Source: Azolla caroliniana
Taxonomy: Eukaryota; Plantae; Polypodiophyta
DNA length: 64,000 nt
NCBI GenBank assembly: GCA_043228905.1
Contig: JBHGNT010000001.1
Location: 19,344,001-19,408,000, forward strand
Direction of reading: 5' to 3'
In this document: positions 13,927 through 23,805 of the stretch, piece after piece
Position numbering within the stretch: the first letter of the stretch is position 1
Layout of the letters: each line of letters begins with the position of its first letter
Notes under the pieces: model-generated
The model's input: the letters and a program-made list of their open reading frames with translations, nothing else
The model's database searches: none
Told to the model about the DNA's origin: nothing
Made by a program: the position numbers and the translations under genes

Positions 13927-14912
13927 ATGTCGGATCCACATGCTCCAGTACCGACATTTGATAGGAACCAGCCACCCACTCACAATGAACGCCAACGCGA
14001 CCGGTACCATTCACAATTACAAGCATGGCCGCCACTCCATCTTCGACCCGGTAACGACCATATCTATGGAAATGGAAACAGAAACCATCATACGTACCCG
14101 TTCTCCCCCTCCAATGTAAGGCTCCGGACTGTGTATGACAGACGGCCTATAGATCTACAACCCCCCCTCCATGGCATGATGCACGGGACTGCACAAGGCA
14201 GCCGGCATGGATACATGCCCCCTCTCCTCCCAACCCCACACATGTATTATGAAGAAAACAATGTCTCCCACCTACGTAACCCTAATCTTCCCCACTCCTC
14301 TCTCCCCCCACGCAACCTCTTTGTACAAACAGCTCCCTCCTCCTCCTCCTCCTCCCCCCCCCCTTCCCTCTTTCTCTCACTCGTTCCCCCATCCTCCTCC
14401 TCCTACCCCCTTTTTACTTTCTAAATATTACATGGATACCCCCCCCCCTTTTTGTCTAATTCTTACTCTACCCACCCCCCTTATGTTGAAGAATTCCACT
14501 CAAAGCCCCCACAATTTTCTTCCATTTATCACTCTACACCTCCCCTATTATCATCTAATTTTCATAATGCCCTTCCCCACCTTTTTTCAAATCCTTACCC
14601 TACCCATACCCCTTTAATTAGCCCACATCACTCTCATTATACTTATCATTCCCCCCAACACATCCTCCATATTCAACTCATCTCCCCCCTACACATCCTC
14701 CATATTACACTAGCCCCTCCCCCTTTCTTCCTAATACAAAAACCCCCAACTTTTATTCTCACACCCCCTTTCTTCCTAACACAAAAACCCCCAACTTTTC
14801 TTCTAACACTCCCTCACATAAAAACTATAAACACTATAAAAATACATCAAAACCTTGTCCTCCCCCAAAACCACTAGGAGACCCACAACCTAGTAGACCA
14901 AAAAATGGTTAG
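13927..14912 (+). pseudogene. PLE ORF1, Pro/His/Ser/Thr-rich, broken at C/T homopolymers
   Basis: ATG 13927; THPPY motif in the 14452 frame recurs twice in the frame open 14622-14912 (ending KPCPPPKPLGDPQPSRPKNG*), implying one ORF with homopolymer indels. Confidence 0.55.
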
Positions 14913-14965
14913 CTAGGCGTGCTAAACACGTTAACAAACGGTTTAGACACGTCGTATACCCTAGC
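14900..14965 (+). promoter_or_regulatory. Putative programmed -1 ribosomal frameshift signal ORF1->RT
   Basis: Slippery A_AAA_AAT at 14900-14906 in ORF1 phase; -1 frame is the RT frame (open from 14897); 5 nt later gctagg/cctagc (14912-17/14960-65) encloses cgtg-ctaaac-cgtt / aacg-gtttag-cacg. Confidence 0.75.
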
Positions 14966-15016
14966 AAACGTTTATTCTACCTACTTAATAGATCCCCCTC
15001 CACCCAAGACACATAT

Positions 15017-16885
15017 ATGTGGTTTGGGGGAAAACAAAAACTATTTCCCTTCCTTTCACACCCCAAATCCCGAAATAAAAAACCTAGAACCAACTTCTGG
15101 AAACCTCTTACTAGTACACAAGTAATTCATAGTAAAATCCATAACCTCTCTAAACATAACCTCACTAAAAATGAAACACAATTGCTAAACGTAGGCCTTA
15201 AGTATATCCTACCATCCCCACCTCCCTCACCCAACAATATCCTAAAAGAATTCACCCACCTCTCTAGATCCCTCAAGCTAAAACATTTTTTTAGAAATAC
15301 ACCTTCACTTCCTCTCAACCCCTTCAAACTACCTAACCCTAGTTGGATGCCACCCACAGAATATCTACCCCTAGTCTCCATAATAGAAAAACACCAACAC
15401 ATCCTTAACCAAATAGCACACAACACTAAGCCCATAAACACTAGAATCCCATACCACCTCTCTAGAGCCTTTAAAAGCCTCCAACACAACAAACACATTA
15501 TCATCCTCCCAGCCGATAAAAATATGGGAGTATGTGTTCTAGATAAAGACACATACTACACCAAAGCCATAGAACACCTCTCGAATTCTACCACCTATAA
15601 GAGAGTCAGCCACTTCCCCTTGGAAGAGTTACTATACCGCCTTAATAACATAATAACAAACCACTTAGGTACACTTTCCCCAATTGAAGCTAATTTCATC
15701 CTCCACAAACCCAAAAAAGGATATCAAGTATCCAACCTCTATTTCCTCCCTAAATTACACAAAACACCTATGGGTTTCCGGCCCATTTGTTCATATAATA
15801 ACTCCTTATTTGAACAAACATCGAAGTGGTTACACCACCAACTTCTACCAATCCTCCTTCTCCAACCACAATATCTAAAAGACTCTCACACACTAATCCA
15901 ATCACTAGAAAACCTACACCCACCATCTAATAGTTTCCTATTCACGTTTGACGTTGAATCTCTCTATCCTAGTATCCCCCCTAAGTTAGGACTCCAAGCC
16001 CTACGTAGTCTAATCACCCCCCACTTTTCCCCTTCGAAAACAAATCTCATCTATACCCTTAGTGCCCTTATTTTAGAATATCACTATCTCACTTTCGATG
16101 ACGTAGTTTACCAACAAATAAAAGGTACGGCCATGGGTAGCAACTTTTCAGTCGTATATGCATGCCTCTTTTTAGTATATCTCGAAAACTTACAACCATC
16201 GCCCCCCCATCTCTTCTACTTCACCCGCTATATTGATGATGCATTTGGGGTCTGGATAGGCACCAAATCTCAACTTTTAGAATATCTCAACTTTTACCCT
16301 TTACACACAAATAACTCCATCAAGCTTACCATTCAAACTTCCCCCTTTCGGCTACCTTTTTTAGACATATGGATCAACCTCGAAAATTCATCTTTCTTAT
16401 TCAATTGTTTTCAAAAACCTCTCAATTCATACCAATACTTGCCTTTTTCATCGGATCATCCTTCCCATACGAAACAACACTTTATCACTAATGAAGTGAA
16501 GAGATATTTGATTAGAGAAAGCCCCCCATTAGGTTTCTACCAAATGAAAAAACTATTTTTCAATAGACTAGTTAACCGTGGTTACCCTCCTTCCTTTATA
16601 CTAAAAAGCTATAAGAAAATACCTTTTAGTCTTAGAAAAACACTCCTATATCAACCCAAAACTATTACTTCCCTTAACCCCACAATCTTTAAACTTAGAT
16701 ACACCAAACATACCCCAAAACTAGGCATTCATAGTTTTCTAAAAAATCTCTATAATTACTTAATGTTAGATCCCGAGCTTACAAGCATCTCACACCCTTT
16801 CGTATGTTGGACAAAATCTAAGTCCTTACATGCCCTCCTAGTTAAGACTAAGTTTTCAAAAAATCCATCAAAATCCCCCACTTAA
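15017..16885 (+). CDS. Penelope-like reverse transcriptase, no endonuclease domain (622 aa from ATG; frame open from 14897)
   Basis: NLS..L...E..LL..GLKY, ILPADKNMG, YFLPKLHK...FRPI, FDVESLYPSI, QIKGTAMGS, RYIDD, PFLD, QKPLNSYQYLPFSSDHP, RLVNRGYP; ends without a GIY-YIG motif; no stops. Confidence 0.93.
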   Translation: MWFGGKQKLFPFLSHPKSRNKKPRTNFWKPLTSTQVIHSKIHNLSKHNLTKNETQLLNVGLKYILPSPPPSPNNILKEFTHLSRSLKLKHFFRNTPSLPLNPFKLPNPSWMPPTEYLPLVSIIEKHQHILNQIAHNTKPINTRIPYHLSRAFKSLQHNKHIIILPADKNMGVCVLDKDTYYTKAIEHLSNSTTYKRVSHFPLEELLYRLNNIITNHLGTLSPIEANFILHKPKKGYQVSNLYFLPKLHKTPMGFRPICSYNNSLFEQTSKWLHHQLLPILLLQPQYLKDSHTLIQSLENLHPPSNSFLFTFDVESLYPSIPPKLGLQALRSLITPHFSPSKTNLIYTLSALILEYHYLTFDDVVYQQIKGTAMGSNFSVVYACLFLVYLENLQPSPPHLFYFTRYIDDAFGVWIGTKSQLLEYLNFYPLHTNNSIKLTIQTSPFRLPFLDIWINLENSSFLFNCFQKPLNSYQYLPFSSDHPSHTKQHFITNEVKRYLIRESPPLGFYQMKKLFFNRLVNRGYPPSFILKSYKKIPFSLRKTLLYQPKTITSLNPTIFKLRYTKHTPKLGIHSFLKNLYNYLMLDPELTSISHPFVCWTKSKSLHALLVKTKFSKNPSKSPT

Positions 16886-17045
16886 AACTAAGTTTTCAAA
16901 CAATCCACCAAAATCCCCCACTTAAGACTAAATTTTCAAACAATCCACCCAAATCCCCCACTTAAGACTAAAGTTTCAAACAATCCACCCAAATCCCCCA
17001 CTTAACACTAAGTTTTCAAATAATTCACCCACATCCCCCACTTAA
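16841..17045 (+). repeat. Five 40-bp tandem repeats spanning the RT stop and 3' UTR
   Basis: cttaagactaagttttcaaacaatccacccaaatccccca-like units at 16841, 16881, 16921, 16961, 17001. Confidence 0.93.
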
Positions 17046-17284
17046 TATTATCCTAAATCGCCCTTTTTCATCACATTAAAAACTCCCCCCTCACCATCAT
17101 CATTATACTAATTCCCCTTCTCTCATTCCCTATCACTTTCCTACACACATTTCTCTCTCTCTCTCTCTCTCATCACCACATTCTATTCTCTCTCATCTAC
17201 TACACAAATCAAATCCTCCCCACTCCTTTTCTCTCACTCCCTCTTCCTTCCCACCCCTTTATAAATCACATTCTCTTGTTGTAA

Positions 17285-17339
17285 TGGTCTTTGCACTGAA
17301 GAGCTACACTATTGAGCGAAACTAGTTTGCCTAAGACCA
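17285..17339 (+). ncRNA. Minimal type I hammerhead ribozyme
   Basis: Stem I tggtctt-t-gca / tgc-ct-aagacca; core CTGAAGA 17296-302; stem II GCT/AGC; GAAA 17318-21; stem III C-ta-G; GUU cleavage triplet 17325-27; palindromic AAACTAGTTT. Confidence 0.9.
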
Positions 17340-17360
17340 CCACCCTCTTTGAATTAAAAA

Positions 17361-17404
<44 letters not shown>

Positions 17405-17433
17405 ATTAGTGTATGTTGCCTACTTTCTCTTGT

Positions 17434-19764
17434 TTAGCTTAAGCACCCTCTAATCATCGTGTGCCTATCTCTACGCACTCCTTGTTTTGACCATTTGGTC
17501 CTGGTATCCACATCAGCCGACATGTCCGAATCAATGAAACCGTCAAGTTGAGGTTTTCCGGAGCCGAATCGGAGACACATATTTGTAGTGCCTTTCAAAT
17601 ACCGGAGTATCCATTTGACCGCGTTCCAGTGCTCCTTGCCGGGATTGCTCATAAACCGGCTCACCACTCCGACTGCGTATCCTATATCCGGTCGGGTACA
17701 CACCATTGCGTACATCAAGCTCCCGACGGCAGAGGCATATGGAATCTTCATCATATCCGCCTTCTCTGCTTTCGTCTTCGGGCTTTGCTTACCGGATAGC
17801 CTGCAGTTTGCCGGAAGTGTCGATCCGACCGGTTTCGCATCTGACATGTTGAACCGATGAAGCACCTTTGTCACGTACTTCTCCTGTGACAGCCATAATT
17901 GCTTCTTTGACCGGTCCCGAATGATGTGCATCCCCAGCATCTGTCTTGCCGGACCCAAGTCTTTCATTGAGAAGGTCCGGTTGAGAGCCTTCTTTAGCAT
18001 CCGTATTTTGACTTGGTCCCGTCCGACGATCAACATGTCATCCACGTACAGAAGGAGTATCAGGAAGTCGCCTCCTTCGAACTTCTTCACAAACACGCAG
18101 TGATTGGCCTGCGTCTTGTGGTACCCTTGATCGGCCATGAAGGAGTCGAACTTCCGGTACCATTGCCGGGGGGCCTGCTTTAGTCCGTATAGGCTCTTCT
18201 TCAACCGGCATACCAGGTTCTCCACGAATCCTTCCGGTTGCTGCATGTAGATCTCCTCTTCGAGGTCACCGTGAAGGAATGTCGTCTTCACGTCCAACTG
18301 CTCTACCTCGAGGTCCATTCTTGTTGCTATACTCCGCACCGTCCGGATGGAGGTCATCTTAACTACCGGAGCAAATATCTCGTCAAAGTCCACGCCCTTT
18401 TTCTGCTGGAACCCCTTCACCACAATCCTGGCTTTGTATCTTAGGGAGTTGCCGGCATCCCCCGGTTTCAACTTGTACACCCACTTATTTCGGAGTGCCC
18501 GCTTTCCTTTCGGCAACTCCACCAATTCGTACGTATGGTTCTCATGCAGGGAATCCATCTCATCCTGCATGGCACTTAACCATTTTCGGTTGTGGGTGTC
18601 ATCCTTCGCTTCTTCGAAGCTTTCCGGCTCCCCCTCATCGGTCAGCAGAACATGCTCTGCATCCGGAAATCTCCGGGGGGGGCTTCTCTCTCTGAGAGGA
18701 TATCTCCGTCTTCGGGCTTCGGTAACCGGCTCCTCCATTTGCTCTTCATCCGAATCCGATTCGGGGTCTTGGCCGGTTCCGGATTCGGCTTCCTCTATTT
18801 CTTCTTTAGCCTGTTCGGTATCCTCACCGTATCCGGCTGGTTCTTCAAGTGCTAACCGGTCTCTCGCCGGTTGGGTCTGCTCATCGTAGAATCGATCCTT
18901 ACCGGTCGACTCGGAGTTCATTATCTTCTTCTCCGACTCCCAGTCGGCGAGCGTCTTGTCCTCCATGAAGATAATATCTCGACTCCAGAATACCTTCTTG
19001 TCGACCAGGTCCCACACTCGGTAGCCGAACTCATCGTCACCGTAACCGAGGAATATGCATGGCCGGGTCTTTGGATCTAACTTTCTTCTCCGGTCCTTAG
19101 CTACATGCACGTACGTGAGACACCCGAACACCTTCAGATGCCGGTAGGATACTTCCTTACCGGTCCACACTCTCTGTGCTGTGTCTCCGTCCAAGGGTAC
19201 TGAGGGTGATGTATTTATCACATATGTCGCCGTTGACAGTGCCTCAGCCCAAAACTTCTTGGGTAGTTTTGCATGCGCTAGCATACTCCGGACCCTCTCC
19301 ATTATGGTCCGGTTCATCCTCTCGGCTAGTCTGTTTAGTTCCGGCGTCTTCAACACGGTAAATTCGAGCCGGATTCCCTTCGAGCAGCAGTACTCCTCGA
19401 ACTGCCCCTGGTATTCTCCTCCGTTATCTGCTCGAACTGCCTTCAGCTTCCGGCCGGTTTCTCTTTCCACTCTCGTGTGGAGCTCTCTGAAGACGGATAG
19501 CACCTGATCCTTCGTCTTCAACGGTGTGGCCCACAGCTTCCAGCTGTGGTCATCTATGAACGTCACGAAGTACTGTGCTCCGGCATGTGACTTCGTGTCT
19601 ACTTGACACACATCCGTATGCACCAACTCCAGTGGTGCATTACGTCTCATCGGTGGCCTTGGTTGGAAGGAGGTTTGGTTTTGCTTACCGGCCAAACAAT
19701 CAGTGCACTTCTCCAAGTGCACGTTCTTCACTGGAATGAGGTTGTCGTTTGCAAGCCACATCAT
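17434..19764 (-). pseudogene. pol: Copia A integrase-RT, reading into the antisense PLE tail
   Basis: LVHTDVC, RADNGGEY, AERMNRT, YVDD; last ~22 aa come from PLE sequence left of 17501. Confidence 0.9.
17501..18482 (+). repeat. 982-bp direct duplication of host sequence, right copy
   Basis: Matches 12900-13881. Confidence 0.95.
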
Positions 19765-19770
19765 CCCCTT

Positions 19771-21105
19771 CTAGCTCATATGACACAGCCTCTTGTGCCA
19801 CAGCTCACCAGCTGTGTCGGATGCCACGTTCACTTCTTCCGGACATAACCGGGCATTCATCAGGTACAGTGTGTTGACCTTCCGGGCCCGAGCCACAATC
19901 AGGCTCCCTTTGCTGAACTTCATGACACCGTTCCGGATGCTACCCGTGTAGCCTTCATCATCTAGCCGACCGGCTGATATCAGGTTCAGTCGAACCTCTG
20001 AAACGTGTCGGACATCCTTCAGCAGCAACTTGCATCCGGTTGGTGTGGTCAGCCACACGTCTCCTATGCCGACAATTCGGCATGTACCTTCATTCCCCAT
20101 CCGGACATAGCCGTGATCACCGGCTGAGTAGGATGAGAAGCATTTTCAGTCCGGGGTAAGGTGGAACGACGCTCCGGAGTCTACCACCCAGGTCGTCTCG
20201 TCGCTGGCAAGGTTTATCTCACTCTCCTCGGTGATGAGCATCAACTCTTCTTCACTTGCCGCGATTGCCGTCGTTCCCTTCCGGTCCGTTCCCCTCCTGT
20301 CTTTACCGTTACGGTCTGGGGTCCGCTTCGAATCGGTACCGTCGGTTTCCTTGTCTTTACGGAAATGCCGACAGTTCTTTTGAAAGTATCTCGACTTGCC
20401 GCAATAAAAGCAAGTAGGCCTCCCCCTTGACTTTGACCGTGTCTCCGACTTCTCCCGGTTCTGGCGACTATGGTTTCTCTGTCTTCCGCGTTCCGATTCG
20501 GTAAGGAGCGCTTTGGAGTCGGATCTCGTATCTTTATCTTTCCGACGCGCCTCCTCATCTAGCAAGCTCGACTTTACTCTTGCTAGGGATAACCGCTTTC
20601 CTTCCGGCCCGGCGTTGCCCAAAGTGACAACCAACGTCTCCCAGCTATCCGGGAGGGAATCGAGCAGGAGTAGCGTTAGTACCTCGTCGGCGAGAGGTAC
20701 TTCCAATGATGTTGCCTGGTGGATCAGCCCCTGGAAGGCATGCATGTGCTCCGCCATGCTGGAGCCATCTTGGTACCGGAGTCTTACTAGCTTCCGAAAT
20801 ACCGAAACCTGATTAACAACATTTTTGTTTTGAAACATTATGCCGATCTTCTCCCAAAGCTCATGAGCCTTGCTCTCTTCATTGAAGTTGTTGTACAGGC
20901 TCATGTCGATGAAGCACCGTATGTACACCGTTTTCTTCACGTGCATCACCTCCCATATCGCAACGTCGATTTTGTCTGGTCTCTTGTCCCCAAACTTAAC
21001 CGGCAGCCAGAGGTCTTTAACCACGAGCATGTCCCTCATCTTCGACTTCCACACTGAATAGTTGCAGCCGGTGAGCTTGAACATGCCGCCAAACGATTCG
21101 TCCAT
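19771..21105 (-). pseudogene. gag: Copia A gag-protease
   Basis: LTGCNYSVWKSKM, LLLLDSLPDSW, CFYCGKSRYFQKNC, WVVDSGASFH, LWHKRLCHMS; stops at 20146 and 19771. Confidence 0.9.
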
Positions 21106-22505
21106 TTTCTATGTCATTTCGCTCTGATACTACTTGACGGGAACTCAACGATCCTTATGCACAACACTCGGCCAAAACCGAGCTTAGAATCATACACAGA
21201 AAAACAGGAAACGGAAAACACGCGACACAAAGGAGAAGAAAAATTGTACACAGGATGTTTACGTGGAAAAACCCAAACTAAGGGAAAAAACCACGGCAGC
21301 CCACAAGCTGCAAAGATCACTATGTTAGAATGTACAACAGTGAGTTCACGGAGGCAACGACCTCATGCTCATGATCTTCGCCACAGTCGGCGGTTACAAC
21401 AGAGGCAACGACCTCTTTCTCTCTCTCTCTCTCTCTGCACATTGTTACGCGCTCTATCTTCTTCTTGCACCAACAAGAATAACAACAACAGTAACTATAA
21501 GTTTGCCCTAAGTCATATTTATACTAATATGACTTTTCGGCTATTTACAAATATAGCCTCGATGGACTCTCAGAAACATATTTACGAATATGTCTCTTCA
21601 TCCGGTGAGCATTCCTCACCAGGTCTGCACCATCCGGCTCTCCATAGCCGGGCACTCCTCATCCGGTTCTCACCGGGTCTGCACCATCCGGCTCTCCGTA
21701 GCCGGGTACTCCTCATCTAGTTCTCACCGGGTCTGCACCATCCGGCTCTCCGTAGCTGGGTACTCCTCATCCGGTTCTCACCGGGTCTGCACCATCCGGA
21801 GGGACATGTCTCCCAACACCTTCAGCTCTGTTTGACGCAACATTTTCTTGTTGGCTGCAGAGGACTTCAACCCTCACACTCTGATACCATGTAAAAGAAT
21901 ACTTGTGCAAAAGCATATGCGAAACACAAAGTACACAGTTTGGAGAACTCAGAAAACACAGAGATGGAGAGGGAGAGGGAGAGAAAGAGAGAGCAGACAA
22001 CTCAGTTCTATTTCAAAATAATGGCGCTCAGTTCAGTACATCCTTCGTGCTTAGTGAGAACCTTATATACAAGCCCTGACATTCGGGCTGACACAAGTAC
22101 TGACATTACTTCAATGCTCATAAATGAGCGGACTACACAAACTCCCAAAATTATTACTTTACGAGGAATAACGCTCTAATGGCCTCTTCGGTTTTCACAC
22201 TGATGCGGCCCTGTTGTGTGTACTTTTTCATGCACTCAGTCTACGCACTGGCTTATGTTGCATACTTCGCACTGAATGTTGAGCTTGTCTCTCAACAAGA
22301 ATCAACGAACAAGACGCTGCACACCATCCTGAAAAAGATCGTTAATGAGAATAGAACGGATTGGGATATGAAGTTGCATATCGCCTTGTGGGCTTACAAA
22401 ACGAGCTATAAAACCAACATACAATCCACTCCCTTCCGACTAGCATTCGGGTTGGAAGCTGTAATGTCCATTGAATTTCTGGTCCCTAGCTTGCGGATTC
22501 AAGTA

Positions 22506-23805
22506 TGCGAAAGGAATAGCGTGCGGAAGCAGTTGTAAAAGGAATAGGGTGCGGAAGCAGTAGAAAACCAAACATAGAGACGTAGGTTTAATGGAGAGCT
22601 TGAATATACATAATACGTGGGAGTGACAGAGAGAGAGAGAGAGCAGAACATTAAAATTCTATTACAAAACAGTAATAGTTCTCTGCATATACAACGTGCT
22701 CAACAACACTACTTATATGAGTCCTCAAAGGACTTACAGAAGTACTGCGTACTTCTAGCCTAACATGAGCGTCTAACACTAACTACGAGACTATTAACTA
22801 CCTAGTGTTCTATGCTCCTACTAGGCTTCCGGTTACTGCTGGATCCGGCTAACCGGCTCCCTAGCTCACCGGCTCACCGATCTAGCTCATCCTTCTGGAT
22901 TCCGATCCGGATCCCGTTGAGTTTGCCGCTCAACACTCCCCCTCATGCTCAGAATAAGCCTGAGCCGGATCGGCATCCTTCTAGATGCCGATCCGGATCC
23001 TGTTGAGCTTGCCGCTCAACACTCCCCCTCATGCTCAAGTTGAGGTCGGATCGTAGTGTTAGTCTCCATGGCAACCGGTCCTACCATCTGGCTCCTTCTG
23101 GCATCACTCCGCCTCGCTCGTGCTCCTCATCCGGTCTGGTCCCATTTGTCGTGACCCTTTTGATTCTGGGCACCTTGACCTCCTTGGTCGGCTTGTCTGC
23201 TCAACATGCCCAATTAAGCTCCGTCGTTGCTGTGACTTCGACATTTGCCGATTTGCCGATTCCTTCATGTTGGCGTCGACTTTCGCTGCCTTCTCGTCCT
23301 CTTGGCCGTGAATTGATCTAGTTCTTTTGAATCCGTCTGTTGAACCGAATCGGTTGTCTCCGATTCATTCCAGCTCTTGTCCGAATCGGTTGCTCCTGAT
23401 TTGTCTTTCGATTCCAGGCCCTTCACCATATCAGACCATGTCCACGTCTTGGCCTTCTTCATCCAGTTGGCTCTGTACTTCTTGACTCTACCAACGTTGC
23501 TGCTTGTTCTGACATGTTTGGATGTGTCAACTTCCTTTGTCGACTCGGCTCCTTTCTTCTTCTTGTCTCTCCCTTTGTTGGTTCTTCCGTCACTGGTGCA
23601 ATCGGCAGTTTCTTTGCCTTTGCCCATTCCGGTGTCTTTGCTTGTTCTCCCCCTCAAGTGTGGCACGTCGAGATGCTGAACACCAAGCATTTCGGTGAAG
23701 TGCTGCAACTTGTCTGTTCTGAGTGGTTTTGTGAAGATGTCGGCAACTTGACGATCCATATGAACATACCGAAGTTTGACTTCACCGCTTAGGACACGCT
23801 CACGC
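22506..23805 (-). mobile_element. Copia F 3' fragment (RNase H end, extension, 3' LTR with doubled ends)
   Basis: QVADIFTKPL; LTR ~22534-22935 related to 42328-42771; LTR-end plus PPT block gccgctcaacactccccctcatgctca occurs twice. Confidence 0.8.

Larger units (their letters stand above)
13882..17500 (+). mobile_element. Endonuclease-deficient Penelope-like retroelement (Coprina/Athena-like)
   Basis: G-poor, C/A/T-rich strand-biased insert between the two duplicated host blocks; PLE RT without GIY-YIG; 3' tandem repeats; hammerhead ribozyme. Confidence 0.9.
11721..21818 (-). mobile_element. Ty1/copia element A (full length, host of the PLE)
   Basis: LTRs 11721-12458 and 21135-21818; exact TSD CCTTC (11716-20, 21819-23); PBS tagtatcagagc 21121-21132; PPT agtgaagggggagtt next to 12459. 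Confidence 0.95.
6726..22297 (-). mobile_element. Ty1/copia element B (full length, decayed, interrupted by copia A)
   Basis: LTRs 6726-7121 and 21890-22297; TSD GGAAT/AGAAT; PBS tggtatcagagt (21878-21889, tRNA-iMet); PPT next to 7122. Confidence 0.93.
1362..22505 (+). mobile_element. Ty3/gypsy element C (outermost, truncated host of the nest)
   Basis: Putative 5' LTR 1362-1904 (TGTTA...TAACA), PBS-like tggcacgc at 1909, gag remnants, RNase H end/integrase at 5827-6725 resuming at 22298-22505 (NGLAE|STNKTL across the copia B insertion). Confidence 0.75.

Noticed and set aside
15017-16885. Telomerase, group II intron, retron or LINE RT
   Set aside because: Motifs (ADK, LPKLHK, GTAMGS, YIDD, HP..RGYP) plus the hammerhead fit a PLE; no TERT T/CP motifs, maturase or APE domain seen
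16841-17045. Possible CRISPR array
   Set aside because: Contiguous tandem units with no unique spacers; eukaryotic TE context with no cas genes
12900-18482. Assembly artefact explaining the duplication
   Set aside because: The copies carry about 20 independent substitutions and sit exactly at both PLE junctions; long-read confirmation is still advised
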